Translations under genes and position numbers: made by a program
Notes under the pieces: generated by a model
The model's input: only the letters and a program-made list of their open reading frames with translations
What the model was told of the DNA's origin: nothing
The model's database searches: none
From: an uncultured delta proteobacterium
GTDB lineage: Bacteria; Desulfobacterota; Binatia; UBA9968
Length of the DNA stretch: 64,000 nt
Assembly: GCA_963745035.1 (NCBI GenBank)
Contig: CAVUVW010000019.1
Coordinates: forward strand, 96,001-160,000
Direction of reading: 5' to 3'
Shown here: positions 37,009 to 48,623 of the stretch, one piece after another
How positions within the stretch are numbered: position 1 is the first letter of the stretch
Layout of the letters: each line of letters starts with the position of its first letter

Positions 37009-37755
37009 CTAGCGCGACGCCTTGAAGCGCAATCGTACATAGTCTGCGTACCAAGCGCCGTCCGATTTTTGGAGAGCGGGCTCGAGCGCGGCCCGGACTT
37101 CGTTGAGAAAATTGGGTGTCTCGGATTCTGTCACCGAGCGCGTAAACGGCTGGGCAAACACACTCAACCAGTCAAGGATATCGCCCGGCAGCTTGGTGGG
37201 GCGCGGGATCAGCTCGATAGAGTCGATTGTGAAACCAAATTGGCCGAGCAACGCGGAATATTCCTGTGGCGACGGGTAATACCACGGATCGACTGTCCAC
37301 GGATCGATGCCACGCTTGCGTAGTCCCGCATGAAGCGCTGCGCGGATGGTTTCCACATTTCCTTGGCCGCCGAACTCGCCGACGAAGCGGCCGCGGGACT
37401 TCAAACAATTCGCGACGCCTTCGACCACGGAAATTGGCTGCTTCATCCAGTGGAGCGCGGCGTTGCTGAACACGGCATCGAAGCCCGGCTTGAGCGAGAG
37501 ACGTTGGCCATCCATCCGCGCCACGTCAAGGCCGCGCTTGCGCGCGACCCCCAGCAACGCGGCGCTGGCATCGACCCCTACAACCCTGGCACCAGCGGCG
37601 GCAATCTTTTCCGTGAGATCCCCATCGCCGCAGCCGAGATCCAAGATCATCTCACCTGATTTCGGGTCAAGCAGTTTCAGCAAGGGTTCGCCGAGGTCGG
37701 AGACAAAGCGCGCGCTCTTCGAATAGGTGTCGGGATTCCACGAAGTTTGTTTCAT
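37009..37755 (-). CDS. Class I SAM-dependent methyltransferase
   Basis: ILDLGCGDG, FDAVFSNAALHW and ADYVRLRF motifs. Confidence 0.9.
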   Translation of the reverse strand: MKQTSWNPDTYSKSARFVSDLGEPLLKLLDPKSGEMILDLGCGDGDLTEKIAAAGARVVGVDASAALLGVARKRGLDVARMDGQRLSLKPGFDAVFSNAALHWMKQPISVVEGVANCLKSRGRFVGEFGGQGNVETIRAALHAGLRKRGIDPWTVDPWYYPSPQEYSALLGQFGFTIDSIELIPRPTKLPGDILDWLSVFAQPFTRSVTESETPNFLNEVRAALEPALQKSDGAWYADYVRLRFKASR

Positions 37756-37822
37756 GACCTTTAACGATAGCATTCGCGCTTCGCTTGAAAAAGCGTAAAT
37801 TCTCCGTAGTCTTATCTGTTCA

Positions 37823-39019
37823 ATGGCAACCCGCGACACCGATTTGTCTTCGCTGCGCATCGACCGGTCATCTCATAGCCCGCAAACACCGCGCCGGGCG
37901 AAGCCGATCAAGAAAATTTTGCTCTGGGGAAGCGTCGTTGCCGTAATCGTGTTCGGATTCTTTATGGTGGGCGCCTGGTTTAGGCCCGCCGTGGAAGTGC
38001 AACTGGCTACCGCCGCGCTCACGTCACCATCGCAGGCCAACGCGGTGTTGACGGCGAGCGGCTATGTAGTGGCGCGCCGCAAGGCCGCGGTCGCGTCCAA
38101 GGGAACGGGGCGTTTGGTCTTCCTGGGCGTGGAGGAAGGCGACAAAGTCCAAAAGGGGCAGGTGATTGCCCGGTTGGAGGACGCCGACGTGATCGCCGCG
38201 CGCGACAGGGCGCGGGAAAATCTTCGTCTCGCGGAAGCCGATCTCTACGACGCCAAGAAGAATTTGGAACGCATGCGCATCTTGCTCAAGCAGGAAGCGA
38301 TCGCGCCGGTGGAAGTCGATGTCGCCGATGCGCGTTACAAAAGAGTGGTTGCGGCTATCGAAGCGGCGAAGTATGGCGTCCGAGAAGCAGAGGTGGCCGT
38401 GGACAACACGCGAATCGTTGCGCCGTTCGACGGCACCGTGTTGAAGAAGAATGCCGATGTCGGCGAGATCGTCGCGCCGCTGGCGGGCGCGGCAAGCTCA
38501 AGGGCGGCGGTGGTCACCATCGCAGACATGTCTTCGCTCGAGGTCGATGCCGATGTTTCCGAGGCAAATATTACCCGCGTGTCCGCCCAGCAGAATTGCG
38601 AGATCACGCTGGACGCTTACCCGCAGCATCGCTATCCCGGCTTCGTCAGCAACATTGTCCCCACCGCGGACCGCGCCAAAGCGACGGTCATGGTAAAGAT
38701 CAAGTTCAAAGAATACGACCAGCGCGTGCTGCCGGAGATGGGCGCAAAAATCACGTTTCTCGCCGCCGGCACAGCGGTCGATACGACCAATGTCAAACCG
38801 CTTCTCACTGTTCCCGCTGCTGCAGTGGCCAACCGTGACGGACGGCAAGTCGTCTATCAGGTTAATGACGATCGCGCCGTTGAAGTCGCTGTGACGACCG
38901 GTCGAAAAGTGGGGAACTCGATCGAAATTACCGGTGGCCTCAAAGAGGGTGACAAGGTTATCGGCAAAGTGGATGAGCAGATCGAGAACGGCACCAAGGT
39001 AGCGCTCGGCAAAAAGTAA
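37823..39019 (+). CDS. Periplasmic adaptor / membrane fusion protein (MacA-like)
   Basis: N-terminal [22 protein letters not shown] and APFDGTV motifs. Confidence 0.9.
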   Translation: MATRDTDLSSLRIDRSSHSPQTPRRAKPIKKILLWGSVVAVIVFGFFMVGAWFRPAVEVQLATAALTSPSQANAVLTASGYVVARRKAAVASKGTGRLVFLGVEEGDKVQKGQVIARLEDADVIAARDRARENLRLAEADLYDAKKNLERMRILLKQEAIAPVEVDVADARYKRVVAAIEAAKYGVREAEVAVDNTRIVAPFDGTVLKKNADVGEIVAPLAGAASSRAAVVTIADMSSLEVDADVSEANITRVSAQQNCEITLDAYPQHRYPGFVSNIVPTADRAKATVMVKIKFKEYDQRVLPEMGAKITFLAAGTAVDTTNVKPLLTVPAAAVANRDGRQVVYQVNDDRAVEVAVTTGRKVGNSIEITGGLKEGDKVIGKVDEQIENGTKVALGKK

Positions 39020-39024
39020 ACTCG

Positions 39025-39696
39025 ATGGAAGCTCTCATTCAGGTGCAGGAGCTGTACAAATCGTACCACCGCGACAGCCTCGAAATTCCCGTCTTGCGAA
39101 ATATCAACCTGGAAATTGCGGCGGGTGAATTCATCGCGTTCATGGGGCCATCGGGTTCGGGCAAGACGACGTTGCTCAATCTCATCGCCGGGATCGATAA
39201 GCCGACCGCGGGAAGAATTCTCATCGGCGGCACCGACGTCGCCGAGCTGACCGAGACTGAGCTTGCCGTGTGGCGCTCGCGCAACGTCGGTTTCATTTTC
39301 CAGTTTTATAATCTTATTCCCGTACTGACGGCGCTGGAGAACGTCGAGTTGCCGCTGACTCTCACACCGCTTTCGAAAAAGGAGCGCTGGGCGCATGCTG
39401 AAACCGCGCTGAGCGTCGTCGGGCTCGCTGAGCGAATGCACCACTATCCGCGCCAGCTTTCCGGCGGCCAGGAGCAGCGCGTGGCGATTGCGCGAGCGAT
39501 TGCGACCGATCCGGCGATCCTGGTTGCAGATGAACCCACAGGCGACCTGGATAAAACTTCAGCCGAGGAAGTGCTCGATCTGATGGACAGGCTCAATCGC
39601 GAGCTCAGCAAAACCATTCTGATGGTCACCCACGATCCGCGTGCCGCCGAACGCGCGCGATCGGTGCGGCACTTGGAAAAGGGCGAGCTCGCATAG
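39025..39696 (+). CDS. ABC ATP-binding protein (LolD/MacB-like)
   Basis: [22 protein letters not shown] and VTHD motifs. Confidence 0.95.
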   Translation: MEALIQVQELYKSYHRDSLEIPVLRNINLEIAAGEFIAFMGPSGSGKTTLLNLIAGIDKPTAGRILIGGTDVAELTETELAVWRSRNVGFIFQFYNLIPVLTALENVELPLTLTPLSKKERWAHAETALSVVGLAERMHHYPRQLSGGQEQRVAIARAIATDPAILVADEPTGDLDKTSAEEVLDLMDRLNRELSKTILMVTHDPRAAERARSVRHLEKGELA

Positions 39697-39822
39697 CAAC
39701 CGGCTGAAAGAGATCATATGCTTCGTTGCGCTCGATCGCCCTCGTCAACGTACCGCGACAGTACGCCTCCTCGCGTCGATTCTTCGCGCGTCTCGCCTCT
39801 GAGATCTTTTTGAGCCGGTTGC
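39697..39822. mobile_element. MITE-like element with terminal inverted repeats
   Basis: gcaaccggctgaaagagatc ... gatctttttgagccggttgc, about 125 bp, non-coding. Confidence 0.7.
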
Positions 39823-39847
39823 AATAAATAGCTAACGAACTAAAGAC

Positions 39848-41008
39848 ATGGAACTCCTCCGATTACTGTTGCGAAACACACTGCGCCACAAGCTACGCAG
39901 CTTGCTCACCATCATCGGCGTAGGAGTCGCGGTGATGGCGTTCGCATTGCTGCAGACGGTGGTTACGGCGTGGTACGCCGGAGTCGAGGCGTCGGCGGCC
40001 AACCGGCTGATCACCAGGCACGCAGTGTCGTTTGTATTTCCGTTGCCGCTTGCGTACCGCGATCGCATCGCACAAGTGCCGGGTGTCAATAAGGTGACCT
40101 ACGCGGTTTGGTTTTCCGGCGTCTATATCGACAAAAATCAATTCTTCGCTCGCTTGGCCGTGGATTCCGATACGTTTTTCGACGTCTACCCGGAATTCGT
40201 GATCGAGCGCGAGCAGTTCGAGGCTTTCAAACGTGAGCGCAACGCCGCGATTATCGGCATCGACATCGCCAACCGCTACAATTTGGAAATCGGGGACGTC
40301 ATGCCCATGGAGGGGGACGTCTACCCGGGGCAATGGGAGTTCGTGGTGCGCGGTATCTATCAGCCGCGCGATCAAACTACCGACCCGTCTTCAATGATGT
40401 TTCACTACCGCTACATCGACGAGCGGGTACGGCAGGAGCGTCCGGATCGAGCCGGCGAGATCGGTTGGTACATCGTGCGCATCGACGATCCGGACAATTC
40501 GGCCAGAATATCCCAGGACATCGATAATTTATTCACGAATTCTCGGGCCGAAACCAAAACGGAAACCGAGCGTGCGTTTCAGCAAAGCTTTTTGTCCGCC
40601 GCCAGCGCAGTAATCACGGCGATGAACATCATGTCTTTTGTCATTATCGGGATTATTCTGCTGGTCGTCGGGAACACCATGGTGATGTCGGCACGCGAGC
40701 GTACCCATGAATTCGCGGTGCTCAAAGCGTTAGGATTTTCCGGCCGGCAGTTGTTTTTCCTGCTTACCGGTGAGTCGATGATTTTATCCATTCTCGGCAG
40801 CGCAGTGGGACTGTTGGTGACGCTACCCGCAGTGCAGGGATTTCAAACCGCCCTGCCAAAAGGTTGGTTTCCGGTGTTCTACATCAAGCCGGAGACTATT
40901 GTGATTGGCTGCATCGCAGGTTTTGCGGTCGGCCTGATCGCATCGTTGATCCCGTTGCGCCGTGTTTTGACGACGCGGATCGTCGAAGGACTGCGCTATG
41001 TGGGTTAA
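39848..41008 (+). CDS. ABC permease (MacB/FtsX family)
   Basis: RSLLTIIG, large periplasmic loop, RERTHEFAVLKALGF. Confidence 0.9.
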   Translation: MELLRLLLRNTLRHKLRSLLTIIGVGVAVMAFALLQTVVTAWYAGVEASAANRLITRHAVSFVFPLPLAYRDRIAQVPGVNKVTYAVWFSGVYIDKNQFFARLAVDSDTFFDVYPEFVIEREQFEAFKRERNAAIIGIDIANRYNLEIGDVMPMEGDVYPGQWEFVVRGIYQPRDQTTDPSSMMFHYRYIDERVRQERPDRAGEIGWYIVRIDDPDNSARISQDIDNLFTNSRAETKTETERAFQQSFLSAASAVITAMNIMSFVIIGIILLVVGNTMVMSARERTHEFAVLKALGFSGRQLFFLLTGESMILSILGSAVGLLVTLPAVQGFQTALPKGWFPVFYIKPETIVIGCIAGFAVGLIASLIPLRRVLTTRIVEGLRYVG

Positions 41009-41016
41009 CGAAGAGA

Positions 41017-41104
41017 TCTCACCGCCGAGGCGCAGAGTACGCTGAGGAGAACGCTTATCAAGGAATGCGATTGTCTCTGCGATCCTCTGTATCTCTGCGG
41101 TGAG
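41017..41104. repeat. CACCGC/CAGAG-type palindromic repeat
   Basis: ctcaccgccgaggcgcagag ... ctctgcg..ctctgt..ctctgcggtgag. Confidence 0.7.
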
Positions 41105-41122
41105 TAGTGATTGATCTTCATT

Positions 41123-42292
41123 ATGCAGATTCCCCTGAAATACATCGTGCGCAGTTCGATCTCCCGGCGATTGACTACTGTCATTACCATGCTCGGTATC
41201 GCGCTCGTCGTGTTTGTTTTCTCTGCCGTGCTGATGATGGCCAACGGCGTGCAAAAGACGCTGCGGTCAACCGGATCGGACGATAATATGATCGTGGTGC
41301 GCAAGGCGGCGATGAGCGAGATCATGAGCATCCTCGACCGGGAAGCGGCCGGTATCATCGTCAATCTGCCCTACGTCGCACGCTTCGCCGACGGCAGGCC
41401 GATGAGCTCCAAGGAAGTCGTCGTCATCATCAACCTGAACAAACTCAACGCCGAAGGGATCAGCAACGTGACCGTACGCGGCGTCGAGGAAGCCGCCTTT
41501 CAGTTACGGCCGCAGGTGCGCATCAGTCAGGGTCGCATGTTCAACTGGGGCGCGCGCGAGGTGATCGCCGGCGCGGGCATCACCACTCGCTTTGCCGGAG
41601 CGCAGATCGGTGAGAAAGTGAAGTTCGGCGGTGACCTCTGGACCGTAGTCGGGATCTTCGATTCGGATGGGAGCGGATTCGATTCGGAGCTGTGGGGCGA
41701 TCTGAATCAGATCGCCGATGCTTTCAAGCGGTCGTCTTTGTCGACCGTCACATTGCGGCTTAAAGATCCGGCAGAATTCTCCACGGTGGTAGAGGCTTTC
41801 GAAGCGGATAACCGGCTGCACTACTTCGCGCCCAAGCGGGAAAAGAAGTTTTTCGAGGAACAATCCGAGATGATGGCGACGTTCATCCGGATCCTGGGTA
41901 TCTTCATCACCGTGATTTTCAGCACCGGCGCCATGATCGGCGCGATGATCACCATGTACGGTGCCGTGGCGAATCGAACCGTAGAGATCGGCACCTTGCG
42001 CGCGCTGGGGTTTTTCCGCCGCAGCATTCTGTTGGCCTTTCTGATCGAGTCGTTGTTTCTGTCGCTCGTCGGTGGCCTGGTGGGGCTCGGAATCGCGTCT
42101 CTGCTACAATTTTTTACGATCTCCACCCTCAACTTGGGCTCTTTCTCCGAGTTGGCTTTTTCTTTTGCGTTGTCACCGTCGATCGTTGCCATCTCGCTTG
42201 GCTTTTCTCTGCTGATGGGTCTGATCGGTGGATTCCTGCCAGCGGTCGGAGCCGCGCGCCTCAACATCATCCAGGCACTGCGAACGGTTTAA
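41123..42292 (+). CDS. ABC permease (MacB/FtsX family)
   Basis: RTVEIGTLRALGF and a four-TM topology. Confidence 0.9.
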   Translation: MQIPLKYIVRSSISRRLTTVITMLGIALVVFVFSAVLMMANGVQKTLRSTGSDDNMIVVRKAAMSEIMSILDREAAGIIVNLPYVARFADGRPMSSKEVVVIINLNKLNAEGISNVTVRGVEEAAFQLRPQVRISQGRMFNWGAREVIAGAGITTRFAGAQIGEKVKFGGDLWTVVGIFDSDGSGFDSELWGDLNQIADAFKRSSLSTVTLRLKDPAEFSTVVEAFEADNRLHYFAPKREKKFFEEQSEMMATFIRILGIFITVIFSTGAMIGAMITMYGAVANRTVEIGTLRALGFFRRSILLAFLIESLFLSLVGGLVGLGIASLLQFFTISTLNLGSFSELAFSFALSPSIVAISLGFSLLMGLIGGFLPAVGAARLNIIQALRTV

Positions 42293-42690
42293 CAGATCTC
42301 GTGTCAGCCCATCGCACAACCGCACCTCCCACACATAGAGCGCTGGCCGAGCGACCGCTCGCAATTGAAGTAGCCATGATTCGGCCGGGCGGGTAGAATG
42401 ACTCAATTTAACTTGGGTTAAAAGCCTGCGGCTGATGACAAGTTTATTATATCGGAAGACCGATGGCAGTTTTGCCATGCGAATGGCAGCGATGTTGGTC
42501 GCTTTGTTGCGGGTGGTTCCGCTTTCGTCCGTCCGCGCGAACATAGGAAGGGACCGTATGATTCAGGCAATATGCGACAACCCAATCGCTCTGCGGGCGA
42601 TCTGTCCGTGGGTTGACTGTGGCCAGTCTTGTGGATAGAAACTATTCGTTTGCCTGATTTGCCTCGAATGCTGTGTTGGCGGTCTCGTAG

Positions 42691-43641
42691 ATGCGAAACC
42701 ATTTTCTCAGCGTCGTGATTCCGTGCCGCGACTACGGACAATACCTGGACGATGCCGTCGAATCGGCGCTGCAACAAGAAGGTTTCGCCAATAACATCGA
42801 GATTATCGTAATCGATGATCATAGTTCTGACTCGAATACCTTACGGAGACTTCGTCATTGGGACACGGCTGACCCGCGAGTACGTGTCGTTCACAACCCG
42901 GGCCCTGTCGGCGCGGCCAGCGCCCGGAACTTTGGCATTGCGGAAGCGAGCGGCGAGTGGATTGCGTTTTTGGATGCCGATGATATTTGGTTGCCCCACG
43001 CGCTGCGAGTTCGTTGGCGAGCGGTACAAAGCTTTCCTGAGACGCAATGGATCGGCGCGGACTTCGTTCGGCAATATGAAAACGGGACATACGACTCGGA
43101 AGGGGTCTTCAAGTCTCGTTCCCAAAAGCACGAGAAACTTCGTCATGCCTATGAAAGCGATACTGTGTTGAAGCTGACCAAGCCCGTGGCTGAGTTCCTG
43201 CATAGGAGTCTTGGTTGGACGAGCACGATTATGGCGAAGAAGGCGTTACTAGAAGGTGTGGGCGGATTCGACGCTACCTTGGGCAACTACGAAGATCATC
43301 ATCTTTGGATCCGGCTGGCTTACGCAGCGGACTTTTATTTTGTCCCAAAGGTGGTTGCGTATTATCGAGATCACCCGATGAGCGTTTCTCGCAACCAAAG
43401 CTCTCCCGCGGGTTGGTATATAGTCGCCATGCATTTGCTTCAACGCGAGCCACATTTTAGACCCTACCGGCGGTTTATCCGGAAGAAATTGGGTTCGCTT
43501 TTCGTGCAGAACTCGAGTTATTACAGGGCGCGCGGAGAATGGCAGCTCGCGGCAATGTCTGCCGGTCGGTCAATTCTTTATCAGCCATTGCAATTAAGTG
43601 CGTGGCGAAGTCTGGTCGCCGCAATGATTTGTCGCAGATGA
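42691..43641 (+). CDS. Glycosyltransferase family 2
   Basis: SVVIP, IDDHSSD, ARNFG and FLDADD motifs. Confidence 0.9.
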   Translation: MRNHFLSVVIPCRDYGQYLDDAVESALQQEGFANNIEIIVIDDHSSDSNTLRRLRHWDTADPRVRVVHNPGPVGAASARNFGIAEASGEWIAFLDADDIWLPHALRVRWRAVQSFPETQWIGADFVRQYENGTYDSEGVFKSRSQKHEKLRHAYESDTVLKLTKPVAEFLHRSLGWTSTIMAKKALLEGVGGFDATLGNYEDHHLWIRLAYAADFYFVPKVVAYYRDHPMSVSRNQSSPAGWYIVAMHLLQREPHFRPYRRFIRKKLGSLFVQNSSYYRARGEWQLAAMSAGRSILYQPLQLSAWRSLVAAMICRR

Positions 43642-44621
43642 ACGATTATACCATTGCCGTGGTCATTCCGGCGTACAATGCTGAACGCTACATCTGCGAG
43701 GCACTCGACAGCGTAGTCGGTCAAAGGCGGCTCCCAGAACAGATTATTGTGGTAGACGATGGCTCCGTCGACCACACGGCCGCGCGAGTTCTGAGTTGGC
43801 GACGCGACAACTTTCCTGGGCTAATCTTGCGGCAACAGAGCAATCGCGGCGTTTCCACAGCCCGCAACACCGGCCTCCGTCATGTTGAAGCAGATCTCAT
43901 TGCATTCCTTGATTCGGACGATCTTTGGTTGCCGCATCACCTGGAGCGGCTCGAGACTGCATTCAAACGCCATCCCGAACTCCTGGTTTGTTTTGGCGAT
44001 ACTTTTCGTTTTGACAGCCAACAAGTAAACAAGACGAGTTCCCTGGTTAGTTCGCGAATTCAGTGCGTCAATTACCACGAAGAGAAAGATGGACTCCGTC
44101 TAATGCAAGGGTCTGTGTACGCTAGCTTAGTTCGGGGCAATTATGTGTGTTTGAGTGCATCTTTGGTCTCTAAAAAAGCATTGGAGAGAGTTGGGGCCTT
44201 CGATGAAGCAATTAAAAGTGCCGAAGACCGACTTCTTTTTCTTCGATTGTCCGTCATCGGTCAGTTTGCTTATTATCCATGCATAGTCGCGCACAAACGA
44301 GTACATGATAATAACCTGACGCACCCGCGGCACCAAGCGGAGTTCAACCGGTATAAACTTATGGTACTTCAGCGACTGATCAATGATGCCGAAGCAATGA
44401 AGCTATCGGCCATGGAGAGAGAGCAAACACGCGCGGCCCTTAGCGAGCAGGTCTGGAACATGCTATATATCGATTTTCGCGCCGGCTTCGGCGCATTTTT
44501 AGATACTTTCCTGTATCTCATCCGTCATCGTCAATTCGCGGTCATCTGTAATCCGAATGAGTTTTTTCGCGCGGCACTTTCTTATTATCGCACTGCTAGA
44601 AAACGACAAACCGCACGATAG
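43638..44621 (+). CDS. Glycosyltransferase family 2
   Basis: VVIPAYN, VDDGSVD and FLDSDD motifs; ATGA overlap with the upstream gene. Confidence 0.9.
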   Translation: MNDYTIAVVIPAYNAERYICEALDSVVGQRRLPEQIIVVDDGSVDHTAARVLSWRRDNFPGLILRQQSNRGVSTARNTGLRHVEADLIAFLDSDDLWLPHHLERLETAFKRHPELLVCFGDTFRFDSQQVNKTSSLVSSRIQCVNYHEEKDGLRLMQGSVYASLVRGNYVCLSASLVSKKALERVGAFDEAIKSAEDRLLFLRLSVIGQFAYYPCIVAHKRVHDNNLTHPRHQAEFNRYKLMVLQRLINDAEAMKLSAMEREQTRAALSEQVWNMLYIDFRAGFGAFLDTFLYLIRHRQFAVICNPNEFFRAALSYYRTARKRQTAR

Positions 44622-44960
44622 CAATGGCAAGAGCCTCACTACTCCATAGCGCGGTGCGCGGGGGAGTATTGAACTCAGAGTCCCAATTATGCGAGCTGGC
44701 AATTGGATCGGTACTTTAGTCGTTTTTCCTTTTGCCGTGTTATTGGGGCGCTCAAGAGAGGCGTCGAACCGCTGTTCGTCCTGAGCAATCTGCCAAATGA
44801 CATGAAAACGGGATGAAAGAACGACCGGGAAACAGAGCGGGAACCCAAAAGTTCCATTTGTCGATGAATGCCAGCGAGAATTTCTTCACTCGGATCGGCG
44901 CTGAATTTGGCCCTGTGGTGTTCGAACTTGAATCACCTTAGAGTAACGTAAGGGTTTGTC

Positions 44961-46013
44961 ATGAAGGTCATGATTACGGGATCCAGCGGATTGATCGGTT
45001 CTGAGATGGTCAGCTATTTCGATCGGCGCGCCCAGTCCGTCGTCGGAATCGACAATAACATGCGAGCTGACTTCTTCGGCCCCGAGGGGGATACGCGCTG
45101 GAACCTGAATCGGTTGTTACGGACGACTCGAAACTTCCGAGCCCATGACGTCGATGTACGCGACCGATATGGGTTACAATCCTTATTCCGCGATGAGGGA
45201 CCTTTCGATCTAATCGTTCACTGTGCAGCGCAACCGAGCCACGACCTTGCAGCCAGGCGTCCAGTAGACGACTTCGATGTTAATGCGAAGGGGACGATGA
45301 ACGTACTCGATGCCACGCGTCAGTTAAGCCCGGATGCAGTTTTTGTATTCATGTCGACGAATAAAGTCTACGGTGATGCCCCGAATGAGCTTACTTTGAA
45401 TGAACTCGAGTGGCGCTGGGACTATGCAGATCCCGAAGATCATGGGGGGATTACCGAACAGATGCGCATCGACTCCTCCACGCACTCGATATTCGGTGCG
45501 AGCAAGGTGGCGGCCGATATTATGGTTCAGGAGTATGGACGCTACTTCGGCATGAAGACATGCTGTCTGCGCTGCGGCTGTCTGACCGGACCGAATCATG
45601 CAGGGGTCGAGCTGCATGGATTTCTCTCTTATCTGGTAAAAGTCCAGCTCCAACAAAACATCTATCAGATTTACGGTTACAAAGGGAAGCAGGTTAGGGA
45701 CAATATTCACAGCTATGACGTCGCAACGGCGATTGAAGCTATCTACCAAAGTCCACGCATTGCCGCAGTCTACAACCTTGGAGGTGGGCGGGCGAATTCT
45801 TGCTCAATTTTCGAAGCGTTCCACACCGTGGAGCAACTGACGGGCAAGAAGATGAAGTATGAGTATCGCGAACAGCCACGCCAAGGCGATCACATCTGCT
45901 ACATCAGCAACCTTGAGCGTTTTCAAAGTCATCATCGGGGATGGAGCATCACGCGCTCTCTTAATGACATCTTTTTGGAGATCATCAGTGCATGGCAAGA
46001 GCGACTAAAGTGA
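44961..46013 (+). CDS. NAD-dependent epimerase/dehydratase (CDP-paratose 2-epimerase-like)
   Basis: [23 protein letters not shown] and GKQVRD motifs. Confidence 0.85.
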   Translation: MKVMITGSSGLIGSEMVSYFDRRAQSVVGIDNNMRADFFGPEGDTRWNLNRLLRTTRNFRAHDVDVRDRYGLQSLFRDEGPFDLIVHCAAQPSHDLAARRPVDDFDVNAKGTMNVLDATRQLSPDAVFVFMSTNKVYGDAPNELTLNELEWRWDYADPEDHGGITEQMRIDSSTHSIFGASKVAADIMVQEYGRYFGMKTCCLRCGCLTGPNHAGVELHGFLSYLVKVQLQQNIYQIYGYKGKQVRDNIHSYDVATAIEAIYQSPRIAAVYNLGGGRANSCSIFEAFHTVEQLTGKKMKYEYREQPRQGDHICYISNLERFQSHHRGWSITRSLNDIFLEIISAWQERLK

Positions 46014-46292
46014 TGACCGGTAGGAGGCTGTAGTGGAACGTGCCGTCACGTCGATGATGGCAATCCGCTGAGCGCTACCGTGATGATTACCGGCAGAACC
46101 GAAATCTCTTCCGCGAAGGCGGGCTGCTGTGGTAGGTGCAGGCCTTGAGGCATGCCGTGCACCTCCTTACATGAACAGAGCAAGGCTGGGCTGTGGGGAC
46201 GGTAATCGCAAATATCGCCTACGACGTCCTGCTCGGCAGCTGAGACCGCGGCGATTGGGGAGTTCAGCTATCGCTACACCATCGTTCATATC

Positions 46293-48623
46293 ATGAGAGT
46301 GTTGATCATCTCCGCGTTTCCACCGGATCCGGCTCCCGAGGCAAACCATGCGCTCCACCTGAGCGAGCAATTGGCCAAGTCGGGACTTGCTGTGCACGTC
46401 CTATGCAAGAACGGAAGCATCGCCTCCACGCACCCGAACATCGTCGTGCATCCTGTCATGGAGGACTGGGGCTGGTCAGATGTTCCTCGACTTCTTGTAT
46501 GCCTGCGCGAGTGTCAACCGGACGTGGTTCTTCTTCTTTACATCGGGTGGGTGTTTAACTACCAACCCATGATCACGTTTTTGCCGAACTATTGTAAGCG
46601 GGTTATCCCCGGCGTTCCGTGCGTAGTCCAATTTGAAATTGTGAACACAGCGGCCCCTCCGTGTTCGCTGCTCGCACGAGTGCGGCGCAAGATCATGGCA
46701 CTCCGCTCCGGTGGAAGCGTCCACTGGTTTTTCGGAACGCTCCTCCGCGATAGCGCCCGCGTCATCGCTCTGAGTACTCCGCATCGGGCAAGACTTCTTA
46801 CCCACGATCCGGGAATCGAGGAGAAGAGTGTAATCCTGCCGCCGCCGCCGCTCATCCGATTCTGCACGGATTCACCCGACCGCGCTCGGCAGCAAGCTCG
46901 TGAGGTCCTGGGCGCTGGGCCTGACGATTTCGTTTGGGTTTACTGGGGCTATATTTACCCAGGAAAAGGGGTGGAGACGCTTTTGCGGGCTTTTCGTATC
47001 GTTTCGCAGCGAAACTGTAACGCACGCCTAGCGCTTGTGGGTGGCAACCTTGAGATCCCAGACCGTAAGTCCAACGACTACTTTCAAATGGTCCATCGCC
47101 TTCCGGGAATACTTGGAATATCTGAAAAAGTTATCTGGACAGGAAATTTCAATTGGGACAGTGATGAGGGGTCTCGCTACCTTTACGCTGCCGATGCGTG
47201 CGTGTTGCCTTTTGACTATGGGGTGACCCTGAATAGCAGTTCTTTGGCGGCAGCGAGCACTCACGGCGTGCCCGTGATTGGTACTGAACTCCGTGTTGGC
47301 CGGGACGAGATGCTCGAGCATGGTCATAACATCTACCTATGCCCGCCACGTGACCCCGAATTACTCGCGGAGGCGATGCAGCTGATCAGCGAGAACAGCG
47401 ATTTCCGCGAACGCTTGCGGTCTGGGATTTGTGATTTGGCGGATCAATGGCATCGTTGGGATGCCATGGCGGCACGTATGGTCGGAATATTGGAATCGGC
47501 AGTCTCATGCGAGAAAGCGCGGGAATGGGGACAATCCCACTCGTATGTGACAACGAATAAAAAAACACCGCGCACGAAGATCAACGCCTCGGAAACGCGC
47601 ACTCACTGGGCTGGCGCGCTCAGCGGGGTGCAAAACGGGAATCCGGATCTTTCCCCACGGGTATCGTCCGAGCAGAGTACGCTGAACAATACAACCACTC
47701 CCCTGGTGTCCGTCATTGTCGCCGCCTACAACGTCGAGAAGTATCTGATTCAATGCTTGGATTCCTTGGTCAATCAGACGTTGAAGAACACCGAGATTGT
47801 CGTCATCAACGATGCATCCACGGATAACAGTGCGACAATTATCGATGACTACAGTACAAGGTATCCAAATGTTCGCGTGGTTCACTGCGAGTCGAATCAG
47901 GGGCTCGCTACAGTTCGTAATATCGGCATACGCGCGGCGCGCGGTAAATATATTGCCTTCACCGACGGCGATGATTGGGCGGATATCAAACTGTGTGAAG
48001 AGATGTACCAACGAGCAAGCGATGACAACGCAGATGTATTAATCGCCGACGCCACAGTCTTTTACGAAGACTCCAAAAATTTTGGTCGTCTCTTCGACCA
48101 TTCCGTCCGCCGGAGACTGGACCCTCGATTGAGTACCATGCCGTTTGATTTGGGCAGTGAACCTCGGGTTCTATTGTTGGAACCTGTCGCATGGACGAAG
48201 TTATACAAACGCTCGTTCCTCGAAAAGCACGCAATTCAGTTTGAGGATGGGATGAATTCTTATGAAGACATCTGTTTTCATTTTTCTGTGCTTCTGAAAG
48301 CAGAGAGAATATCTCTTCTTGATAAAGCTCTTTTGTATTACCGAATGAACCGGCCAGGGCAGATTTCGGCGCGAAGCAGTCAAAAGATTTTCGAGGTCTT
48401 TAGCGTTTTTCAGAAAATACACGATAATCTTTCCGCCTGGGATGTCCCCGCGGACATTTGGTCCATGCTGGTCAGGGTTCAGCTAAGGCAATTCGATTGG
48501 CTATTAAAGGATCGCGTCCAAGCCGCGCACAAGCGCGAGTTTCTCGAATTGGTGGCAAGGCAGTTCGCCCTCATCCCGAAAGCAGGCTTGCGCGATGTTT
48601 ACGAAACGCGCGACTCCCCATGA
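46293..48623 (+). CDS. Fused glycosyltransferase (GT4 plus GT2)
   Basis: N-terminal GT-B domain (GYIYPGKG, HGVPVI); C-terminal GT-A domain (VSVIVAAYN, NDASTD, FTDGDD). Confidence 0.85.
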   Translation: MRVLIISAFPPDPAPEANHALHLSEQLAKSGLAVHVLCKNGSIASTHPNIVVHPVMEDWGWSDVPRLLVCLRECQPDVVLLLYIGWVFNYQPMITFLPNYCKRVIPGVPCVVQFEIVNTAAPPCSLLARVRRKIMALRSGGSVHWFFGTLLRDSARVIALSTPHRARLLTHDPGIEEKSVILPPPPLIRFCTDSPDRARQQAREVLGAGPDDFVWVYWGYIYPGKGVETLLRAFRIVSQRNCNARLALVGGNLEIPDRKSNDYFQMVHRLPGILGISEKVIWTGNFNWDSDEGSRYLYAADACVLPFDYGVTLNSSSLAAASTHGVPVIGTELRVGRDEMLEHGHNIYLCPPRDPELLAEAMQLISENSDFRERLRSGICDLADQWHRWDAMAARMVGILESAVSCEKAREWGQSHSYVTTNKKTPRTKINASETRTHWAGALSGVQNGNPDLSPRVSSEQSTLNNTTTPLVSVIVAAYNVEKYLIQCLDSLVNQTLKNTEIVVINDASTDNSATIIDDYSTRYPNVRVVHCESNQGLATVRNIGIRAARGKYIAFTDGDDWADIKLCEEMYQRASDDNADVLIADATVFYEDSKNFGRLFDHSVRRRLDPRLSTMPFDLGSEPRVLLLEPVAWTKLYKRSFLEKHAIQFEDGMNSYEDICFHFSVLLKAERISLLDKALLYYRMNRPGQISARSSQKIFEVFSVFQKIHDNLSAWDVPADIWSMLVRVQLRQFDWLLKDRVQAAHKREFLELVARQFALIPKAGLRDVYETRDSP

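Noticed and set aside
42385-42400. ops/JUMPstart-like ggcgggtag upstream of the glycan genes
   Set aside because: Does not match GGCGGTAG exactly and lacks the rest of the JUMPstart element.
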